The position numbers and the translations under genes were made by a program. The notes under the pieces are model-generated. The model ran no database searches. It saw nothing but the letters and a program-made list of their open reading frames with translations, and was not told the DNA's origin. 64,000 nt of DNA from Gemmatimonadota bacterium (GTDB taxonomy: Bacteria; JBHIER01; G020348925): the NCBI GenBank assembly GCA_020348925.1, contig CP070758.1, positions 2,867,688 through 2,931,687 of the forward strand, read 5' to 3'. Below are positions 12,784-21,314 of this stretch, piece after piece. Each line of letters opens with the position of its first letter. Position 1 is the first letter of the stretch.

Positions 12784-12812
12784 TTAGACAAAAATAAAGA
12801 TACACTGTGACA
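12784..12812 (-). promoter_or_regulatory. Candidate ECF promoter TGTCACA-N16-GTCTAA
   Basis: Minus strand reads TGTCACAgtgtatctttatttttGTCTAA, about 70 nt upstream of the ECF gene. ECF-type -35/-10 layout. Confidence 0.7.
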
Positions 12813-13151
12813 GATTATTTCCAAAGTTTTTCAAAACGTTTCGAACCGGTGTGTCTCAACCTTCAATATGTTCTTTATACAGCCTTGGTAATATTGTCGT
12901 AAAGGACAACCCATGAGGGTACATTTCTGAGAGCTCGTATTGATACCGCATCCGTTTAAGGAGCTCCTGAATAGTAAATCTTAAAAGCAGTCTTTCACAA
13001 TCGTTTTTTGTGTCCAATTTTTAATAATTCTGAACGCAGGAAAAAATTAATTGAGAAAACCTGGTTCTCGGTAAACCACCATTCATATCTTCTCGGGTTA
13101 GACTCGGATGGGTTTCACTTTCTCTATCATTGAACAAAGGGGTATCTTAAA

Positions 13152-13517
13152 TTACGAAGGGTGAGTAAGATGTTGCAGTGTTTCGAACACTTTTTCAAAC
13201 TCACCTGATTTATCAAAAAAGAAGTCCGCTCCTGCCTCCATGCATTTTTTCCTATACTGAGGATATGGATAGTTCGTCAACATAATTACGACCGGAACGC
13301 CGTTCTGCTTTTCGATCTTTTGAAGCACACCGATTCCATTTTCTCCAGGCATTCGAATATCCAAGATGACAACATCAGGATTCAATTTCTGTATGAGTGT
13401 CAGAGCTTCCAATCCTTCATGGGCCTGCCCTACTACCTCAATACCTTGCATATCAGACAAGTCCGAACTCAGCAGTTTGCAGAATAGTTCCGAATCGTCA
13501 ACAATGACAACTTTCAT
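13152..13517 (-). CDS. Single-domain response regulator (receiver only)
   Basis: VIVDD, LDIRMPGENG, MLT and FFDK motifs. 121 aa. Confidence 0.92.
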   Translation of the reverse strand: MKVVIVDDSELFCKLLSSDLSDMQGIEVVGQAHEGLEALTLIQKLNPDVVILDIRMPGENGIGVLQKIEKQNGVPVVIMLTNYPYPQYRKKCMEAGADFFFDKSGEFEKVFETLQHLTHPS

Positions 13518-13865
13518 AACAACAGCCTTTATTTAAGCGCTTTTTGGTGAGCAGGCCTTTAACGAAAGAGACTCCCTCCGTCACTGAGAAACTCACAGAA
13601 AGAATCTCTATCAACACGTCTCAGGCTCCTCACTTTTACGACCATCAGAGCAGACTGGACATCTGAGCAGGCTATGGCAGGTAGAGGGAACATAAGCGGA
13701 AAAAATGGTAGGAATTGAATAGGTAGGTTACTGTTTTGTCATAACCCATGCCAGTCACCTGCTCAGATTTCCATTGTCCATCTTCATAAAAATTTTGCTT
13801 TCTTCTTCAGAGCGCTTTTATCCAAAGCTCGAGAAAAAAATTAAATCATTCCCAAACAGAAATGC

Positions 13866-13884
13866 AATCAGAAATACCCTGATT
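13866..13884. promoter_or_regulatory. Candidate NarL/LuxR-type regulator box AATCAG-N7-CTGATT
   Basis: 6-bp inverted repeat upstream of the receiver gene and downstream of the NarL-type gene. Confidence 0.4.
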
Positions 13885-14117
13885 TCTCACTTCGCAAAAC
13901 CTTACGGGAGTTCTCTTCGCTGAGGAAGAATGACGGGATCTAAGTCGCTCATTTTTCCGGGAGCTGTATCGGCTGGCATGGAAAGGCAACATTCGGAACA
14001 GACCAATTGTTCCATAGCATAAATCGAAACTTCGGTTTGTACTTTTGGGTTTGTAATCTTAATCCTATTGCTTTTCGTATTTCGCGCTTCGGATTTCATT
14101 CGGTTGCAACTGGGATA

Positions 14118-14771
14118 CTAATTTTCCAAAGAGGTGAGGCCTTCGCGGATGGCAAATTTAACGAGATCGGGGATATTGTGAATGTTTAATTTTTTCATAA
14201 TTCGCTGTCGATGAGTTTCAACAGTTTTCACACTGACATACAATAAAGCTGCTATTTCCTTGGTATTTTTTCCTTCAGCAAAAAGCTGAAGCACTTCACG
14301 TTCTCTCGAAGTTAAAAGAGAGAGAGGGGACGTCTCAATCTGTGTTGTCATCTGCACATAATCCTCCACGACCACGCCTGTTATTTTCGGACTCAGATAG
14401 ATTTGTCCGCCTAATACTGTCTCGACGGCCTGGGCAAGTTCCTCAAAAGCGCAGTCCTTCAGAAGATACCCGGAGGCTCCTGCTTGCAGCATTCCAGAAA
14501 CGAAACGCTTGTCAGAGTGCATGGACAGGGCGATCACTTTTACATTCTGGACTGCATCGAGGATATGACGGGTAGCTTCCATGCCATTCAGATTCGGCAT
14601 ACCGATATCCATAATAACAATATCAGGGGTAAGCTCTGCAGCCAGCTGTAGAGCCCTTCGTCCATCTTCCGCTTCTCCGACAACCTCCATTCCGGATTGC
14701 TTGTCGAGCAGGCTCCGTAAACCGTCTCGCACAATTTTATGATCGTCTGCGAGAAGGATTTTCGTCTTCAT
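14118..14771 (-). CDS. NarL/FixJ family response regulator (REC + LuxR HTH)
   Basis: LADDH, MDIGMPNLNG and LTSREREVL...SVKTVETHR. Start chosen from the GGGAGG RBS; 14780 and 14798 are alternatives. Confidence 0.95.
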   Translation of the reverse strand: MKTKILLADDHKIVRDGLRSLLDKQSGMEVVGEAEDGRRALQLAAELTPDIVIMDIGMPNLNGMEATRHILDAVQNVKVIALSMHSDKRFVSGMLQAGASGYLLKDCAFEELAQAVETVLGGQIYLSPKITGVVVEDYVQMTTQIETSPLSLLTSREREVLQLFAEGKNTKEIAALLYVSVKTVETHRQRIMKKLNIHNIPDLVKFAIREGLTSLEN

Positions 14772-16725
14772 TGCCTTCATCCTCCCTCTCACACCCATCG
14801 GATTTCAGAGGGGCTATCATAGTGACGTGAGTTCCCTTTCCAGGCTTGGTTTCCACATTGAAACTTCCTCTCAAATGATCTAATCGCTCCCCAATATTGA
14901 AAAGCCCAAAACCCTGAATCACACCCTCGTGATGTTCCATAACAGACATATCGAACCCAATACCGTCATCCAGAACATCGACTCGAATCGCACCGCGCTC
15001 TTTTTGAATGGAGATCTTCACATGTTGAGCTCGGGCATGTTTGACAACATTGATCAAGAGCTCTCGGACTGCTTGGAAGAGTACGACTCGGATATCGTCG
15101 TTCAGCAGTTTCGGCTGCATATCATCCTCAAATGAGATCTGGATGCCGTGTCGCTCCTCAATCTGATCTTTCAACCATTCCACTGCCGGCTCAAATCCCA
15201 ACTCATAAAGAATGGGAGGACTCAAATTGAAAGTCAATGTTCTTGTCTGGTGAATTGTTTGATCGATCAAATCTTGAATCTCTTCGAGAGAAGTCTGGAT
15301 CTCTGCTCCGTCGACGGTCTTTCTCAAGGCACCCAACTTCACCTTCGCAACGGCCAACATTTGGCCGATGCTATCATGTAATTCTGTGGCCAGTTGTCGC
15401 CTTTCCCTCTCCTCTGCTAAGGATAGTTCGGATGCAAGAGAGCGGAGCTGCGCCTGATACACGAGAAGATTTTCCTCGGCTTTCTTGCGCTCGGTAATGT
15501 CTGTGAGAAATTTCAACGTGGCCGGCTTTCCCTCCCATTTGATTTTGACGCCATTGTTCTGCAGCCACCTGATGTTTCCGTCCTTCGTAATCGTTCTGAG
15601 ATTGTAAACGGATGGCGTCTCCTCTCCCTTGAGTTTGTTGATATATTTCTCCATAACCATATCACGATCGTCGGGATGCAAGAAATCCACAAAAGGTTTC
15701 GAAACCAATTCGGCTGGAGTGTACCCTAAAATTTCTGACATCTTTGGATTCGTAAGCTTTACGACTCCGTCCTGAGCCACAATGATACCTTCATTCGCGT
15801 TTTCGATCAGGAATCGGTACTTTTCTTCGGACTCCCTCAACGATTTTTCTGCCAATTTCTGCTCAGTAATATCCACGGCGAGACCGTAAATTCTTTCGAT
15901 TTCTCCATTCGGCGCACGTGAGCAAGCCACTGAGATAATCCAATTGACCACTTTTCCATTCTTTCGAATATAACGTTTCTCCAACGAATAGCTGTCAATC
16001 TCTCCCCGAACAAGCTTATTAAATTGGACCATATCTTTTTCAAGGTCATCAGGATGCGTTAATTCAGTCCAGTGCTTTTTCAGAAGTTCCTCTCTCGTAT
16101 AACCGAACATATCACACATGCAGTCATTGACATCAATCCAATCCCCATGCGAGGTTTCAATCGCAATTCCCACAAGCCCGAGCTCAAAGATTTTTCTGAA
16201 CTGCTCTTCGCTCTCCCGCAATGCTTCTTCAACTTGCCGACGCTCAGTAACATCGTTCAGAATGCAGTGCGTCTGTTTAAAATTACCTCTCTCGTCAAAT
16301 CCAACTCTGCCACTGAACGAAACAATAAAGTTGGATCCATCTTTCTTTACCATCTCATACTCCACGCCGTAAATTTCACCCAAAGCTTTAAATTTAGAGA
16401 AATTTTTTTTGAAACTGGCCACTTCTGACGGAGCCATGAATTCACCCAGCCATCTGCCGATGACCTCGTCGCGGGAATATCCAAAGACATCAAGCCACGC
16501 CTGGTTAACTTCAATAAGACAACCATTCTCATCCAACGATTGATACCCGAGGGGAGCCCTCTCATAGAGCAGTTTGAACTGTTCCTTTCTTTCACGCAAG
16601 CTCACCTCTATCCTTTTGCGTTTTTCCTCAGATTTTTCTAACTCTACAATCCGTTGGCTCATATTATCCAACTCGTGTATCAACTGTAACTTCGTTTTCG
16701 TTTCATCTGATTTCATCACTTTCAC
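14737..16725 (-). CDS. Cytoplasmic multi-PAS sensor histidine kinase (HisKA_3)
   Basis: Three PAS/PAC units, ERRQLATELHDSIGQ, ELLINVVKHA, DDGIGF, GFGL, PGKGT. No transmembrane segment. Confidence 0.95.
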   Translation of the reverse strand: MKVMKSDETKTKLQLIHELDNMSQRIVELEKSEEKRKRIEVSLRERKEQFKLLYERAPLGYQSLDENGCLIEVNQAWLDVFGYSRDEVIGRWLGEFMAPSEVASFKKNFSKFKALGEIYGVEYEMVKKDGSNFIVSFSGRVGFDERGNFKQTHCILNDVTERRQVEEALRESEEQFRKIFELGLVGIAIETSHGDWIDVNDCMCDMFGYTREELLKKHWTELTHPDDLEKDMVQFNKLVRGEIDSYSLEKRYIRKNGKVVNWIISVACSRAPNGEIERIYGLAVDITEQKLAEKSLRESEEKYRFLIENANEGIIVAQDGVVKLTNPKMSEILGYTPAELVSKPFVDFLHPDDRDMVMEKYINKLKGEETPSVYNLRTITKDGNIRWLQNNGVKIKWEGKPATLKFLTDITERKKAEENLLVYQAQLRSLASELSLAEERERRQLATELHDSIGQMLAVAKVKLGALRKTVDGAEIQTSLEEIQDLIDQTIHQTRTLTFNLSPPILYELGFEPAVEWLKDQIEERHGIQISFEDDMQPKLLNDDIRVVLFQAVRELLINVVKHARAQHVKISIQKERGAIRVDVLDDGIGFDMSVMEHHEGVIQGFGLFNIGERLDHLRGSFNVETKPGKGTHVTMIAPLKSDGCEREDEGNEDENPSRRRS

Positions 16726-16935
16726 CCCCTAATATACGCTGTAATATTTTCAGGATGTATGGAGTGAAATTCTATCATTGAAAATTTGAAAACAATTCAA
16801 AAGAACTGTGATTTCCTCCGCGATCTCATTCTTTCGCACCTTTCGATTTAAGAACAGAGTCGGGTATTTGGTCCAAATAAGCATGAGAGAACCCTTGAAT
16901 GGATCTCGTGTCGTAAATAAAGCCACAGAATCCGT

Positions 16936-18657
16936 TTACACTTCATCGTTCGTTCTTCTTCTCTCCGTAATATCATGACTGATGACTTGAAAACCCGTCA
17001 CTCTGTCACCATCTTTCAATAAACCGAAATGTGCTTCGACAATACGCTCTGTTCCATCCTTTCGGATGAGATTGACTTCAATATGTTGGTAATGGTTATC
17101 TCCATTCAGAATGTCGTTGATGAACTCCTGATATTTGGGTATATCCTGTGCCTTAAACATACCCATTTCTGAGAAATGTCTTCCGACAATTTCCTCTCTC
17201 GAGTATCCTGATATCCTTCCGACCGCAGCGTTACACGAGGTAATCATGCCCTGGATATCCATTGTTATTATACTGTCTGGAGCCAATTCAAACAGATCTC
17301 TATACCTTCGCCTGGAATTTTCTATCTCTCTTTCAACCTTTTTGCGCTCGGTGATGTCAATCGTTTGAATAACAACTCCTTTGAATTTCCCTTTACTATC
17401 TCTCAATGGTTCCCACGAGCTTGAAGCATACCAGATCTCTCCGTTCTTTCTGATCGCTTTGTATTCAAAGTTCCTGCCCCTTATTCCCTCACTCAGAGCC
17501 CGATCAAAAACCTCTTTTGCCCGAAGGGCATCATCCTTATGAACCCACCACACGAGTGTACCGACAAGCTCTTCATAAGAATATCCGGTGATCTTTTTAC
17601 AATTCGGGCTCACATATTGGTTACGTCCATGCTCGTCTGTTATTATGAGGAGGCTGGGGGCAACCTCAACGATGGTCCGAAAAAGCTCTTCCGACTCCCG
17701 CAAAGCACTTTCAACTCTTTTACGTTCAGAAATATCATGGGCAAAAACGGCCAACCGCTTAACTTCCCCCTGGGCATTAAATACAGGATAGCATGTTTGG
17801 TCAAAAATTTTCCCCTCACGCTCGTCCTTATAGCGGACGGATTTTCCGGTTCGAACAACTTCATTGGCTCTGGCCATTCTCGATGCTACCAATTTTGGCG
17901 GTAAAATATCATAAACGCTCACACCGACCAAATCCTCGACATTCTGACCCAATCTCTCAGCCGCCACCGTATTCAGAGCAAGGATGGTTCCTTCAAGATC
18001 AAGAAGTATTGCTGACTCTGTGGGGGCATTTAACAGGGCTCGCACTGTTTCCATACTTTCACGCAATGCCCCCTCCGTCTTTTTCCGCTCTTCAACCTCC
18101 TGTTCAAGTTCATGTGTGCGTGCCTTAATAAGCTCCTCAAGATGTTCCCGGTGTTTCTTTAGTTCCCCCTCCATTCGTTTACGCTCTGTAATATCTACAA
18201 AGGCACCCATCATACAAATGGGCACACCCTTCTCATCAAAAACCATATTCGCCGAAACCTGGACGGTAAACAGCGAACTGTCTCTTCTTCTGGCTACCAT
18301 CTCACCGGCCCACGTTCCCCTATTGCGTAACCTCTCCAGAACCTCGGAAGCTTCCACCTGCGCGTGCCAAAAGCTTGTGGCAGGTTCCCCCAGAACATCC
18401 TCTTCTTTCTCGCACCTCCACATTTGTAGAAAAGATTCGTTTACGTAAATGATATTCCCCATAAGGTCAGCGAAAGCAATGCCATTAATGGACGATTCTA
18501 CAGCGCTATCCTTCATCCGAATTTCAGCAGCCTCCCAATCGTTACTCCTTTGGGCCGCCATACGATCGTCTTCCCTGGCATCCAGTTCAGCAACCCGCTG
18601 GCGGAGTTCCTTTAATTCTTTAATAAGTTGTTCTTTAGTTTTGTTTTTATCTTTCAT
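16936..18657 (-). CDS. PAS-only protein (four PAS/PAC units, no output domain)
   Basis: Four DITERK/DISERK-type PAC ends. Stops right after the last PAC. Confidence 0.9.
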   Translation of the reverse strand: MKDKNKTKEQLIKELKELRQRVAELDAREDDRMAAQRSNDWEAAEIRMKDSAVESSINGIAFADLMGNIIYVNESFLQMWRCEKEEDVLGEPATSFWHAQVEASEVLERLRNRGTWAGEMVARRRDSSLFTVQVSANMVFDEKGVPICMMGAFVDITERKRMEGELKKHREHLEELIKARTHELEQEVEERKKTEGALRESMETVRALLNAPTESAILLDLEGTILALNTVAAERLGQNVEDLVGVSVYDILPPKLVASRMARANEVVRTGKSVRYKDEREGKIFDQTCYPVFNAQGEVKRLAVFAHDISERKRVESALRESEELFRTIVEVAPSLLIITDEHGRNQYVSPNCKKITGYSYEELVGTLVWWVHKDDALRAKEVFDRALSEGIRGRNFEYKAIRKNGEIWYASSSWEPLRDSKGKFKGVVIQTIDITERKKVEREIENSRRRYRDLFELAPDSIITMDIQGMITSCNAAVGRISGYSREEIVGRHFSEMGMFKAQDIPKYQEFINDILNGDNHYQHIEVNLIRKDGTERIVEAHFGLLKDGDRVTGFQVISHDITERRRTNDEV

Positions 18658-18731
18658 CTATGTATCCCTCTCAGTCGATGATTCGTAAGATTTTCAGTAC
18701 GAAAAATCCGTTTATTGGGAAATTCACATCA

Positions 18732-18760
18732 ATATTATTCTATTTAGGCTTGATTGTCAA
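18732..18760 (-). promoter_or_regulatory. Candidate sigma70 promoter TTGACA-N17-TAATAT
   Basis: Consensus -35 and a 17-nt spacer, about 75 nt upstream of the PAS gene. Confidence 0.6.
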
Positions 18761-18915
18761 CTTTTTTCTTGAGGACCTTCATGACACCGACAGAATGAAG
18801 ATGGCGCGTATATAGGAAGCACGGTCACGGTGCTCGAGGACCTCATGAAGCCTTCGAAATTATTTCTGTTTTTCAGAACTGGCGTTGAAACAAAATCGGA
18901 CCAGCCCGTGTCACA

Positions 18916-18937
18916 TAATGTAAAAATATTTACATTA
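18916..18937. promoter_or_regulatory. Candidate operator TAATGTAAA-aata-TTTACATTA
   Basis: Perfect 9-bp inverted repeat just upstream of the RBS of 18954. Confidence 0.55.
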
Positions 18938-18953
18938 CACAGAGGAGAGAGCA

Positions 18954-21239
18954 ATGAAAAAATTTTTCCAATCAAACCTAAAATTCTTAATAGCTTATCT
19001 CGTTGTGATGTCCATCGCTGGTGTTGAAATTTCAGAGGGAGTGCCGTCCGCCCCTCTCTCATCTCAAGGAAACACCGGGACAGACGTGGGAACAAATGAA
19101 AATCCCTATATCGTCCCTCGCACCAATGATGATGTCACTATCGACGCTTTCCTTAAAGAGGAGGCTTGGCAAAACGCTCTGGTTATCGATCTCCCCTATG
19201 AAACGGATCCCGGTGAGAACATTCCGGCCCCTGTAAGAACAGATGCCCTGTTACTGTACGACGAGTCCCATCTGTATATCGGGTTCAAGGCCTACGACCC
19301 CGACCCCAAATTGATTCGGGCGCGGTATACGGATCGAGATCAGATTTGGAATGATGATTATGTGCTCATTTTTCTGGACACCTTCAACGATGAGCGAAGG
19401 GCCTTCGCATTGAGAAGCAATCCCTTCGGAATTCAGGCGGATGATATCCGGCTGCCTAACAGTGAGGCGATTAGCTGGGATGCCATCTACGAATCACAGG
19501 GCCGGATTACCGATTGGGGATATATAGTGGAATTGGCCATTCCCTTTCATCAGCTCCGGTTTCAGCGTAACAAAGAAAACCAGATCTGGGGTATTAACAT
19601 TATGAGGTTTTATCCGAGAAGCGTACTTCATGAGTTGAGTGCCGTTCCAATCGACAGAAATAATGACAGCATCCTGTCTCAGTTTATTAAAATCAGAAGC
19701 TTTCAAGATGTCAATCCCGGGCGGAACGTAGATGTTGTTCCTTCAGTAATAAGCGCTCAGACTGACCACCGGCCGGACTTTCCGGAAGGTGATATGAGTA
19801 AACTCAGCAGGGATTTTGAGGCCGGTGTTTCGGTCCGATGGGGTTTCACCCCGAACCTCACGCTCAGTGGAACATTGAATCCCGATTTCTCTCAAGTCGA
19901 AGCCGACGCGTACCAATTGGACATTAACCAGCCTTTTGCCTTATGGTATCCCGAAAAAAGGCCGTTTTTCCAAGAAAGCTCGGACTATTTCACGACCCTG
20001 AAAAGTGCTGTCTATACCAGAGTAATGCGCGATCCCCTGTGGGGGGCGAAACTGACGGGAAAGGAGGACAAAAATACTATCGGTGCTTACATAGTGGAGG
20101 ATGAAATAACCAACCTGATTTTCCCGGGAAATCAGGGATCTTCATCGTCTTCTCTTGATATGAATAACACATCAGCGGTCCTCCGATATAAAAGGGATCT
20201 CGGGCGCAGCTATACTCTGGGGCTGATGGCTACGGATCGGGAAGGAAAGGATTATTATAACCGCTTAATAGGATTGGACGGGGATATTCGTATCACCAAT
20301 TCAGATCGTCTTCGTTTTCAGGCATTGGGTTCCAGTACCGCATATCCTGAGAACATCGCAGGTGAATTTGACCAGGACCGTGGTAATTTCAAAGACTATT
20401 TCGTTGCTCTGGAGTATGACCACAGTGCCCGAAACTGGGGCTGGTGGCTGGATTATGATGATGTAGGTCCTCAATTCCGGGCCGATCTCGGATTTGTTCC
20501 GATGGTTGATTACCGGAATGTGGAAGGAGGCGTGAATTACACCTGGTATGGGAAACCTGACAGTTGGTGGTCCTATTTCTATCTGAGCAGCGAGCTGAAC
20601 TATTACGAAGATCATGACCACAATCCCCTGATGAAAAACGCTTCACTGAATATCTCGTACGGAGGGATCATGCAATCCCATGCCCATGTTCAGGGCAATA
20701 CAGTGGAAGAATCGTATGGCGGCAAAATCTTCAATTTGACGAATTTCAGCTCCTGTCTCGGTCTCAGGCCCACAGGGAACATATGGTTCCACACTCATTT
20801 TGTCTGGGGAGACCGTATCGATTACACGAATACGAGACTCGGTAACAGATTCCGTTTTGATCCCGAGATCGATCTGAATCTCGGTCGTCACTTGAAACTG
20901 GGACTGTATCATCTCTATGAACGGATGACCGTGGATTCGAAACATCTCTATACGGCAAATATCAGTCAATTGTCGGTGGTGTATCATCTGAACGTCCGTA
21001 CTTTGTTCCGTTCAATTGTCCAGTATGTGGATTATGCCTACAATGTTCAAAACTACACGACGGATATTGACCCGGAGTACCGATATCTCTTCACGCAGTT
21101 TTTATTCTCGTACAAGATCAATCCCTTTACGGTTTTTTTCCTGGGGTACAGTGATAACCATTTGGGAAACCAATCGTATGATCTGACACAGCAGGACCGG
21201 ACCTTTTTCGTCAAGCTGGGATATGCCTGGACACGATAG
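18954..21239 (+). CDS. CBM9-like + DUF5916 outer-membrane protein
   Basis: LLYDESHLYIGF, LDTFNDERRAF, NPDFSQVEAD, PEKRPFF, and a barrel-type end FVKLGYAW. Confidence 0.85.
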   Translation: MKKFFQSNLKFLIAYLVVMSIAGVEISEGVPSAPLSSQGNTGTDVGTNENPYIVPRTNDDVTIDAFLKEEAWQNALVIDLPYETDPGENIPAPVRTDALLLYDESHLYIGFKAYDPDPKLIRARYTDRDQIWNDDYVLIFLDTFNDERRAFALRSNPFGIQADDIRLPNSEAISWDAIYESQGRITDWGYIVELAIPFHQLRFQRNKENQIWGINIMRFYPRSVLHELSAVPIDRNNDSILSQFIKIRSFQDVNPGRNVDVVPSVISAQTDHRPDFPEGDMSKLSRDFEAGVSVRWGFTPNLTLSGTLNPDFSQVEADAYQLDINQPFALWYPEKRPFFQESSDYFTTLKSAVYTRVMRDPLWGAKLTGKEDKNTIGAYIVEDEITNLIFPGNQGSSSSSLDMNNTSAVLRYKRDLGRSYTLGLMATDREGKDYYNRLIGLDGDIRITNSDRLRFQALGSSTAYPENIAGEFDQDRGNFKDYFVALEYDHSARNWGWWLDYDDVGPQFRADLGFVPMVDYRNVEGGVNYTWYGKPDSWWSYFYLSSELNYYEDHDHNPLMKNASLNISYGGIMQSHAHVQGNTVEESYGGKIFNLTNFSSCLGLRPTGNIWFHTHFVWGDRIDYTNTRLGNRFRFDPEIDLNLGRHLKLGLYHLYERMTVDSKHLYTANISQLSVVYHLNVRTLFRSIVQYVDYAYNVQNYTTDIDPEYRYLFTQFLFSYKINPFTVFFLGYSDNHLGNQSYDLTQQDRTFFVKLGYAWTR

Positions 21240-21314
21240 TTGAGGGTGAAACATTTACGGATCGTACTTGTCTCATGGTGCAGGTCGAAACACTATCACA
21301 TGGAGGTCAAATTC

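Noticed and set aside
14073-14097. Heptamer run tttcgta-tttcgcg-cttcgga and ORF 13902-14099
   Set aside because: Only three degenerate units, and the ORF looks like a by-product. No function can be supported.
14737-14771. Kinase/regulator overlap as a programmed event
   Set aside because: A short overlap is ordinary in two-component operons.
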